Below are positions 10,458-17,986 of a DNA stretch of 35,596 nt, piece after piece. The stretch comes from Hyphomicrobiales bacterium (GTDB lineage: Bacteria > Pseudomonadota > Alphaproteobacteria > Rhizobiales > Beijerinckiaceae): assembly GCA_900299065.1 (NCBI GenBank), contig OMIJ01000060.1, positions 1 through 35,596 on the forward strand. The letters are read 5' to 3'. The position numbers were made by a program, and so were the translations under genes. Within the stretch, counting starts at the first letter, position 1, and the number at the start of each line of letters is the position of its first letter. The notes beneath the pieces were generated by a model. That model searched no databases. It saw nothing but the letters and a program-made list of their open reading frames with translations, and was not told the DNA's origin.

Positions 10458-10492
10458 TTTACTATATCAGCTCTTTAGCTTTGGAGTTTGCC

Positions 10493-11377
10493 ATGACCCT
10501 GCGCCCGCGTCGAAGCGTTCTTTATATGCCCGGCTCGAACGCCCGCGCCTTGGATAAGGCCAAAACCCTGCCTGCCGATGGCCTGATCCTAGATCTCGAA
10601 GATGCGGTTGCGCCCGATCAAAAAGAGATAGCCCGCCAGCAAATCGTTAGCGCAGTGACGGCAGGAGGTTATGGATCTCGTGAATTAATAATAAGAATCA
10701 ATAGTTTAAATGGACCTTGGGGACGGGCGGATCTCAATTCTATAGCCAAGCTTAAGATTGATGCCATTCTCATCCCCAAAGTCTCCAGCCCGAGTGATGT
10801 TCTGACCGCCGCTCAGGCTTTGCGTGAAGCAGGCGTTGATGAGGTCATTCGCCTCTGGGCGATGATGGAAACGCCTCAGGCCATTTTAAATGCCGAGTCC
10901 ATCGTTCGCACGGCCGCGGACCCGACCTCGCGGCTGAGTGTGCTGGTCATGGGCACCAATGATCTTGCCCGTGAAACACGGGCAAGACAGATCCCAGGCC
11001 GCGCCCCAATGTTGCCCTGGCTTTCCCAATGTATTTTAGCCGCACGCGCCTATGGCGTGGATATTCTGGACGGTGTTTTTGGAGATATACAGGATCAGGC
11101 CGGCTTTCGGCTCGAATGCGAACAGGGTCGAGATATGGGCATGGATGGCAAAACGCTGATCCATCCCGGCCAGATCGGCCCCTGCAATGAGATTTTCTCC
11201 CCCAGCGCCGCTGAAATGGAAGCAGCAATTAAAATTCTGGCTGCCTTTAATCTGCCGGAAAATTCCAACAAAGGTGCTATTTCGCTTGATGGCCGTATGG
11301 TCGAGCGTCTGCATGCCGAGATTGCCACACGCACAATGCAGCTGGCAGAGGCCATTGCACGCTCAGCCAAGGGCTGA
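10493..11377 (+). CDS. CitE/HpcH family CoA-ester lyase/thioesterase, (3S)-malyl-CoA thioesterase Mcl2-like
   Basis: RRSVLYMPGS, LDLEDAVAP, LWAMMET, VMGTNDL, ECEQGRDMGMDGKTLIHP; ATG at 10493 preceded by GGAG. Confidence 0.85.
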   Translation: MTLRPRRSVLYMPGSNARALDKAKTLPADGLILDLEDAVAPDQKEIARQQIVSAVTAGGYGSRELIIRINSLNGPWGRADLNSIAKLKIDAILIPKVSSPSDVLTAAQALREAGVDEVIRLWAMMETPQAILNAESIVRTAADPTSRLSVLVMGTNDLARETRARQIPGRAPMLPWLSQCILAARAYGVDILDGVFGDIQDQAGFRLECEQGRDMGMDGKTLIHPGQIGPCNEIFSPSAAEMEAAIKILAAFNLPENSNKGAISLDGRMVERLHAEIATRTMQLAEAIARSAKG

Positions 11378-11473
11378 TGGCAGGATCATTAAGCCTTATT
11401 AAGATGATTTGATTATATGCATTAATGTCGCCCGATCCACTCTGGCCCTGAGTGGAGCATTGAGAAGGATCGC

Positions 11474-12697
11474 ATGACCATTTCTGACAACGGCCCCTTC
11501 TCTCACGCCTCCACACCCGACGCCGCTCAGAAGAGCGCAACACCCAATCGCGATAAACCGCGCGAATCTGTGTTGATCAATGCCACAGCGGAATCGCTTG
11601 ATGAGCCTTTACAAAAAACTGCAGAACCAATCCCGCCTTTGTCTCCCGACAAAGAGGCGAAGGACCACAAACCCTCTCTCGCCCCACTCATTGCTTTAAT
11701 TGCCATTAGCCTGATCATCAGTCTGATCAATGGCTATGTCCTATATACCGGATCTCCAGAGACCAAGGAATTGGCTGAGCGCGTGAAAGCAATTGAAGCT
11801 GATCCTGCAGCCAAAACAAATTCAGCTCAGCTAGGCAAGCTTGAACAAAGATTAGCCGCGATTGAAAATCGCACCGATTCAAAGCCATTCATCTCAGCAG
11901 AGATGATGAGCGCATTTGAAACAAAATTAGCCAATGCCGAAGCTCAGATCAAATCTACCATCGCTTCTGGCGAAGCCAATCAATTAGAGGCCAAGCGTCT
12001 TGCACAAGCGCTGAGTGAACTCAGTCTAGCAAGCAACAAAAATAATTCAGCTTCGACACAAATGGACTCATCTCTCATGCAATTGAGTCAGCGCCTTGCG
12101 CAGATCGAGACAATTCTGTCCGCCCCCAAATCGCAAACACGTGTCAACGAAGACACATTTGAGCCCTCTAACACTGCACTCACGGATGTTATACGCATCT
12201 TCCTTGCACAATCGCTTGCTCAATCGCTCGAACAAAGCCGGCCCAATCAACGCCTGATTGAAGCGCTGAAACAGAACGGACTTACGCAGGACAAAGTACA
12301 AATACTCATGCGCCTTGCTGATCCAGCCGCTTCAGATTTGCGTCAATTGAAAGAGACCTTTTCAAATCTCGCTCCCAGCCTATTGAACACACCGCGCATG
12401 AGCGAGGAAAGCAATCTGCTGGACAAATTAATGAATAGTGCTGCTCGACTTATCAAAATCACACCTGTGCAGGAAATGGCTGGCAAGGAATCGGCTTCAC
12501 TAATCCCTCGTATCGAAGCTGACCTTGCTCGTAATCATCTCTCCGAAGCCTTGCTCAAATGGAGAGACTTGCCCGAATCTACACGCAAGCTATCGGCTGA
12601 TTGGCAAGCACAAGCTGATTTACATCTGCAAGCTCAAATCATAGCTGACGATTTAATCAACGAATCTCTTGAGCGCCTTGGGCGGACCAGCAAGTGA
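11474..12697 (+). CDS. COG4223 / mitofilin-domain membrane protein (alphaMic60-like)
   Basis: Disordered N-terminus, single TM, long coiled coil, C-terminal mitofilin-like segment (RIEADL..L..AL..W..LP......DW...A); directly upstream of HemY-like gene. Confidence 0.75.
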   Translation: MTISDNGPFSHASTPDAAQKSATPNRDKPRESVLINATAESLDEPLQKTAEPIPPLSPDKEAKDHKPSLAPLIALIAISLIISLINGYVLYTGSPETKELAERVKAIEADPAAKTNSAQLGKLEQRLAAIENRTDSKPFISAEMMSAFETKLANAEAQIKSTIASGEANQLEAKRLAQALSELSLASNKNNSASTQMDSSLMQLSQRLAQIETILSAPKSQTRVNEDTFEPSNTALTDVIRIFLAQSLAQSLEQSRPNQRLIEALKQNGLTQDKVQILMRLADPAASDLRQLKETFSNLAPSLLNTPRMSEESNLLDKLMNSAARLIKITPVQEMAGKESASLIPRIEADLARNHLSEALLKWRDLPESTRKLSADWQAQADLHLQAQIIADDLINESLERLGRTSK

Positions 12698-12713
12698 ACC
12701 AGGGCGAGATCAC

Positions 12714-14237
12714 ATGATCAAAACGATTTTATTTCTTCTCACTTTAGCAGCGCTTGCGTTAGGGCTGGGCTGGCTGGCAGATCGCCCGGGTGAAATCACC
12801 CTAATTTGGCAAGGCTATCGGTTTGAAACATCACTGCTGGTCGGGCTCTCTGGCGTGCTAGCGCTCTGCGTGATCCTGATCATGGTCTGGAGCATTGTGC
12901 GTTTCATCTTCCGCCTGCCCTCATTGATGTCGCTCTGGAACAAGGCGCGCAAACGTCAACGCGGACAAGAGGCTCTCAGCCGCGGCATGATTGCCATTGG
13001 CGCAGGTGACATACGTACAGCCGAACGCGCCACACGCGAGGCAGAAAAGTCTCTGGGACAGGAACCGCTCACACTCTTACTGCGGGCCCAGCTTGCCCAA
13101 TTAACGCAAGATCGCGAGGGCGCCGAGCGCGCCTTTCAAGCCATGCTGCAAAATCCCGAGTCACAATTATTGGGATTGCGCGGACTATATTTGGAAGCCA
13201 AGCGCCGTAATGATCTGACAAACGCCACACGCTTTGCGCAACAAGCACGCGAGCAATCCTCTGTGGCATGGGCAGGGCAAGCTGTGTTGGAAGCTTGCGC
13301 GCTGCAGGAAAATTGGACCAGAGCGCTCGAAATTGTCGAAGACAATATCAAGAAACATATGACAGATCGCGAAACCGGTCGGCGTCAGAAAGCGGTTTTA
13401 CAAACTGCCATTGCCATTGAAATCGCCGATCGCGAGCCCGAAGAAGCCCTCAGCCTTGCCAAAGCAGCGAATAAAACGGCACCTGAACTCGTCCCCGCCT
13501 GTGTGCTCTATGGTCGCCTCTTGTCACAACGCGGTGATCTCAGGCGCGCTATGCGCGTGCTGGAAACAGCTTGGCGTCTCACGCCCCATCCTGACATTGG
13601 ACGAGCTTACGTCGATGTCCGGCCAGGCGATTCCACACATGATCGTTTGAAACGCGCGCAAACTCTGGCACAAATGGCACCTGCCCATGCCGAAAGCTGC
13701 TTGCTCGTAGCAAGATCAGCCTTGGAAGCGCGTGAATTTGCAAAAGCAAGACAAGCCATGGCGCCTTTTATAGAAAACCGCGCCCATAATCGCCCCAGCT
13801 TGCGCGCTTGTTTGACCATGGCTGATATTGAAGAGACAGAATTTGGCCCTAATGGGGCCATGCGCGAATGGTTGGCCAGAGCCACGCGCGCCCCGCGTGA
13901 TCCACTTTGGATTGCAGATAACATTCTCTCCGAGAGCTGGGCTCCTGCCTCACCTGTAACGGGCAAGATTGATGCCTTTGTGTGGCAAAGACCGCCTGAA
14001 AATCTCAATCAGAGTCTGGAGGCAGTGTGGAGCGAGACCAGCTCAAAAACTGATCACGCCTCATCGCTCAGGGATACAAAACTGATTGAGCAAGAGACAG
14101 TCCCGGACACTGTCAAACAGATTGGAGCTGAGCTCAAAAAAATGATCCAGGATCAGGAGGCAGGTAATAAGAAGGATGACACTTTCATCCCTCCTACACC
14201 TGATGATCCAGGACCGCGCGCGTCAGATCAGCGCTGA
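12714..14237 (+). CDS. hemY: HemY-like TPR membrane protein (HemY_N domain; not protoporphyrinogen oxidase)
   Basis: WLADRPG.I...W.GY..ETS, ALSRGMIAIGAGD, EPLTLLLRAQ.AQ, LLGLRGL, APRDP.W.AD, W.PASPVTG.IDAF.W, PDDPG. Confidence 0.88.
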   Translation: MIKTILFLLTLAALALGLGWLADRPGEITLIWQGYRFETSLLVGLSGVLALCVILIMVWSIVRFIFRLPSLMSLWNKARKRQRGQEALSRGMIAIGAGDIRTAERATREAEKSLGQEPLTLLLRAQLAQLTQDREGAERAFQAMLQNPESQLLGLRGLYLEAKRRNDLTNATRFAQQAREQSSVAWAGQAVLEACALQENWTRALEIVEDNIKKHMTDRETGRRQKAVLQTAIAIEIADREPEEALSLAKAANKTAPELVPACVLYGRLLSQRGDLRRAMRVLETAWRLTPHPDIGRAYVDVRPGDSTHDRLKRAQTLAQMAPAHAESCLLVARSALEAREFAKARQAMAPFIENRAHNRPSLRACLTMADIEETEFGPNGAMREWLARATRAPRDPLWIADNILSESWAPASPVTGKIDAFVWQRPPENLNQSLEAVWSETSSKTDHASSLRDTKLIEQETVPDTVKQIGAELKKMIQDQEAGNKKDDTFIPPTPDDPGPRASDQR

Positions 14238-14251
14238 TCAAACAGCTTGTT

Positions 14252-15307
14252 TCAAATCTTGGCTAGAGCGTCGCGCAAGTCAGCTGGATCGCGATTGGCC
14301 AGTTCCAACACACGCTCATTTTCAAGATAGCCTTCCTCGGCAAGGATGAGCAAAGCTGCAATCTTTCTGCTGCCTGATGTTAGCACTGCCGCTTCCAGTC
14401 CTGTTGTCACAGGAGGTGCTGTTTCATTGCTTGACGTTTCTCCAAACAGCACAATCATCAAGGTTTTGCCGACAATATTCATCAATATGCCAAACAGCAC
14501 CAAGCCCAGCAACATTGTAATGCCCGCAATCAAACGCCCGCCAACTGTGACAGGATAAAGATCGCCATAACCAGTCGTTGTCAGCGTCACAATGCACCAC
14601 CACATTGCCGTGGGAATGGATGTAAAGAAGCGCTTGTCTTCTGGAATGACATTGCCTGTTAGAGGATCAACGGGAACAAATTTGTCGGCCTCTTTGCCGA
14701 GGCTGGCTGCTTGCGCATCGAGCAATTGCTGGCCATGGACCATGGCCTCATTCGTATAAAGATGTCCCTCAACATAGAACATCAAAGTGCTGGAGATCAT
14801 TAGCACTGAAAAAAGCGCAATGAAGTAAATGCGCAGATTGACCACCAAAGGATTGGCCTGCTCGCCCTCGACAGATGAAATCTGACGCATGGCCTCGCGC
14901 GCCAGCTTGAGCACACGCAACACACGAATGACACGCAAAAGCCGGAAGACTTTCGTACCCTGCAAAGCTGTCAGATTGATGATCATCAAATAGCTGGGCA
15001 GGATCGATAACAAATCAACCAGACCCCAGAAGCTGACGAGATAGCGGGCCCGATTGGGTGAGAAATACCAGCTCTGCAGATAGTCAACGGTAAAAAAGGC
15101 CACTGATGTGAATTCGATAATATCGAAGATGAGCGGATAATCTTGCGAATATTCCTCAACGGTTTCGAGCGCTAACGAAGCGCAGGACAGAAAGATGAAG
15201 AAATTGACCAGATTGTGCCAAAGCTGAAAGCGGGGGCAGAGAGGATCGGTAAAGGTTTCCCGTAAGAAAAACTTGATTTTGCTTTCACCCTGAACAGCTT
15301 CGATCAT
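14252..15307 (-). CDS. 6-TM voltage-gated potassium channel (Ion_trans family); start probably 15307 (alternative 15352)
   Basis: S3 VDLLSILPSY, S4 KVFRLLRVIRVLRVLKLAR, pore helix SIPTAMWW, filter TTTGYGD, S6 GRLIAG. Confidence 0.92.
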   Translation of the reverse strand: MIEAVQGESKIKFFLRETFTDPLCPRFQLWHNLVNFFIFLSCASLALETVEEYSQDYPLIFDIIEFTSVAFFTVDYLQSWYFSPNRARYLVSFWGLVDLLSILPSYLMIINLTALQGTKVFRLLRVIRVLRVLKLAREAMRQISSVEGEQANPLVVNLRIYFIALFSVLMISSTLMFYVEGHLYTNEAMVHGQQLLDAQAASLGKEADKFVPVDPLTGNVIPEDKRFFTSIPTAMWWCIVTLTTTGYGDLYPVTVGGRLIAGITMLLGLVLFGILMNIVGKTLMIVLFGETSSNETAPPVTTGLEAAVLTSGSRKIAALLILAEEGYLENERVLELANRDPADLRDALAKI

Positions 15308-15510
15308 GACACAACTCAACTGGCAAATTAGGAATACTTGCCTCACAGACAAGCTTGTTAATTTGAATACACTTCGACCAACAAGCTTGGCAAGTCTGTT
15401 TTATCCATTTTTTCATACTGTTAGGCAATTTTCTCCAGCCTCGCTCAAGCCAGAGCCTCAGCCAGTGTCAGATCAACCCCGCTTAGGAGACCTCCCTGCC
15501 ACTAGCCAGA

Positions 15511-16461
15511 TTAATCCTCTGCTTGCTTGAGACCCAAAATCTCATTCTCGAGATAGGATTTGGCAAAGAGTGCCAGTTTGAAAATCACGATCATCAAGGA
15601 CACCAGAACAATCATCATGAAAACAACATCGGCGAATGTCGACTCGGGCGGCAAATCTCCGATCACCAAAGCGCGCGCGCCCCACACACCAAAAATAATT
15701 CCGGTTGAGCCGGTCATGAGATTGGCCATCTTTGCCGACAAGACTGTCGCCAGAGATGTGATGATCAGCAATATGATTGTAATGGGCGCCAGGAATTTAA
15801 CATAAAATGGGCGCTCAAAATAACTCGTAAAGGCCAGCGTTGGTGTATGCACACTATTGATCTTGGTGTAATCGGAAATGATGTCATTTCTGGTCAAATG
15901 AAGTCGTTGCAGTTCTTCAGAACCGATGATGTGCAAATGCTCTGAATTGCTAATCAAGAATGTCGATCCGTTTTGATCCAATCGCTCAACTGCAATCGAA
16001 ATATTGATATGATGCTTGTCGAACGGAAACAGGCTAAGGGTTCCCAACACCGGCAATCTGATGATTTTGGAGAATTCAACATTTCCTTTTGGTATAGTGA
16101 TCATCTCCGTTATAGGCACAGCATTCAAGCCATCCGACTTGGAAGTAAAGCTGGAGATATGCAGCCGAAATGAATGATCATCGCAATTCTTGCTGCATTG
16201 ATGATAGCCGCTGACCTCAATCCCCATAGAACTGGTAACAACATTCAGATCCTTAAAAGCCAGCTCAATTTCAGTATAGTCTTCTGCCTTTTCGGAACGT
16301 AGCAACTCAAAGCCAGGATGTTCTGGATCTCTTGTAGCCACTTCATCTTTGAACGAAATCAGAGTGAGCGGTATCCCAAACAGACAGACCACTATGATCA
16401 GCCCCAGCGCTATATTGATGCAGGCGATCAGCAAACGATCAAAATTTTGTGAACGTACCAT
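15511..16461 (-). CDS. Membrane protein, DUF4436-like / pentameric ligand-gated ion channel (Pro-loop)-like
   Basis: N-terminal TM, beta-rich ectodomain with LFPFD, pre-TM ERP, three C-terminal TMs with GDLPPESTFAD loop; ATG 16461 has GAGG upstream. Confidence 0.6.
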   Translation of the reverse strand: MVRSQNFDRLLIACINIALGLIIVVCLFGIPLTLISFKDEVATRDPEHPGFELLRSEKAEDYTEIELAFKDLNVVTSSMGIEVSGYHQCSKNCDDHSFRLHISSFTSKSDGLNAVPITEMITIPKGNVEFSKIIRLPVLGTLSLFPFDKHHINISIAVERLDQNGSTFLISNSEHLHIIGSEELQRLHLTRNDIISDYTKINSVHTPTLAFTSYFERPFYVKFLAPITIILLIITSLATVLSAKMANLMTGSTGIIFGVWGARALVIGDLPPESTFADVVFMMIVLVSLMIVIFKLALFAKSYLENEILGLKQAED

Positions 16462-16522
16462 GGCAAACCAAACCTCAACACAATCCAACGCGGAATGACG
16501 GCGGCCAGCCTCGGGATCAATT

Positions 16523-16535
16523 CAAAGCGTTGATT
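16523..16535 (-). promoter_or_regulatory. IHF consensus site upstream of DUF4436-like gene
   Basis: Minus strand AATCAACGCTTTG = WATCAR-N4-TTR next to an AT-rich stretch. Confidence 0.4.
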
Positions 16536-16642
16536 TATATGATATATTTAAGATCGCAGAGGAATTTAGCCACAACGCGATCATTGTCAAGCTTGGGTCA
16601 CATTGCAAGGCGATCCGGCGCTCTGGTGTGAAGATCTAGTAT

Positions 16643-17584
16643 TCAGGAGACAGATATTTTCCGATTGGTCAGCGTGACACCAGCCATCACCAAAACCCCT
16701 CCAATGATCATCGAGGCCAATAGAGGCTCATCAAGAAACAGGAAGGCCTGAAACACACCAAAGACAGGTACAAGATTATTGAAGATCGCCACCCGAGCAG
16801 CACCAATTTTTTTGAGGCCCTGATAATACCAGATAAAGGCAATCACAGTGCCAAAGGCTCCCAGATAAAAAAGACACAAGCCTGCGCCCCAGCTGATCGC
16901 ATCGGGAATAGGCGCCTGCGTGATGACCAACGAAACCAGAATCAACAATGCCAACCCCCAGAGTGCTGCATAAGTTGTCGCAGCAATTGGGCTTAGTCCT
17001 TTTAAGGCATAGCGTCCTATGATCGTATAGGCTGCCCAGCTGAGAACGGCACACATCATTGCCAATTCACCAAAGCCAAATGAGCTCGAAACATCTTCAA
17101 TCATAGCCGCAATGTCACCGCGACTGATCACAATGATTGCGCCGCAAAGAGCGATAAAAATTCCAAACCATTGCTGGGGCGACAGGCGCTCGTGAAAGAA
17201 AGCAGCTAGAATTAAAGCTGTGACAATTGGATTGAGCGCGACGAACAAAGCCGTTCTACCAGCTGGAATATACGACAGCGCGGTGAAAAAACTGACATTA
17301 TATAAAAAGATCCCTGTCGCCCCTAAAACACATGTCACAACAAGCTGACGCGAATTCAGGCGCGGCAATCCACCTTCAATCACCCATGACAAGACGAGAA
17401 GAAGAAGTGTTGCAATAGCAAATCGACCAATAGCGGCATGCAAGGGTGCTAGTGTTTCAGCGACTATGCGACCTGCAACAAAAGTACCGCCCCAAAGCGC
17501 GGCAACAAGGGTCAATTTAACATAAGTGATCACATGTGAAGGTGACTCTTCTTGCACGCATGGCTCCGATCCCTGATCCTTCAT
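16643..17584 (-). CDS. EamA/DMT family transporter (10 TM); start uncertain
   Basis: LWGGTFVAGR, two EamA repeats, LSWAAYTIIGR, LYLG-like FYLGAFGT, FNNLVPVFG..L.E. Confidence 0.9.
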   Translation of the reverse strand: MKDQGSEPCVQEESPSHVITYVKLTLVAALWGGTFVAGRIVAETLAPLHAAIGRFAIATLLLLVLSWVIEGGLPRLNSRQLVVTCVLGATGIFLYNVSFFTALSYIPAGRTALFVALNPIVTALILAAFFHERLSPQQWFGIFIALCGAIIVISRGDIAAMIEDVSSSFGFGELAMMCAVLSWAAYTIIGRYALKGLSPIAATTYAALWGLALLILVSLVITQAPIPDAISWGAGLCLFYLGAFGTVIAFIWYYQGLKKIGAARVAIFNNLVPVFGVFQAFLFLDEPLLASMIIGGVLVMAGVTLTNRKISVS

Positions 17585-17828
17585 TCTTGTCACACACACA
17601 TTTAAGTTTAGCTTTGCAAGTTTAGCCTTGTCGTCTTGGCTGGACAGGATCCTTGGCCCAGCTTTCAAAGCCAGAGACCAATTGGTTCAAGGTTGCAACC
17701 GGCCCTAACCACGCAAGACCCTGCCTTCTTTTTACGGCAAATCTGTCTGACAGGCATTCGGGGCGCGAGCCGGGAAAAGGCTGGCCGAATAAGCCATTCC
17801 GGACAATTTATCTAATAATTTGAGAAAA

Positions 17829-17878
17829 TGGTGCCGCAAGAGGGACTCGAACCCCCAACCCCCTCATTACGAATGAGG
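17829..17878 (-). repeat. Duplicated 3' 50 nt of tRNA-Thr(CGT) (att-like direct repeat; partner 20151-20200)
   Basis: TGGTGCCGCAAGAGGGACTCGAACCCCCAACCCCCTCATTACGAATGAGG identical to 20151-20200 except one position. Confidence 0.95.
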
Positions 17879-17924
17879 GGAGATAATCCAAGCCTATGGT
17901 GCCTTAATCTTGTTCGATTCCATA

Positions 17925-17937
17925 TAACTAACTGATT
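17925..17937 (-). promoter_or_regulatory. IHF consensus site adjacent to att repeat
   Basis: Minus strand AATCAGTTAGTTA = WATCAR-N4-TTR, about 47 bp inside the repeat. Confidence 0.55.
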
Positions 17938-17986
17938 ATATTTGGAATAATATTACACTGACTTCAGCATATCGTGATGACACGAA

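Noticed and set aside
10304-10492. N-terminal extensions in the ORF track (CitE-like; also rpmB, cobT, atpH, fbpA-like, EamA)
   Set aside because: Family homology and RBS positions indicate later starts; the extensions overlap neighbouring genes or promoters
11389-11402. CtrA-like TTAA..TTAA upstream of the COG4223 gene
   Set aside because: Spacer is 6 nt rather than the canonical 7
17829-17878. Second tRNA-Thr gene
   Set aside because: Lacks the 5' acceptor strand and D-arm; it is a 3' fragment only
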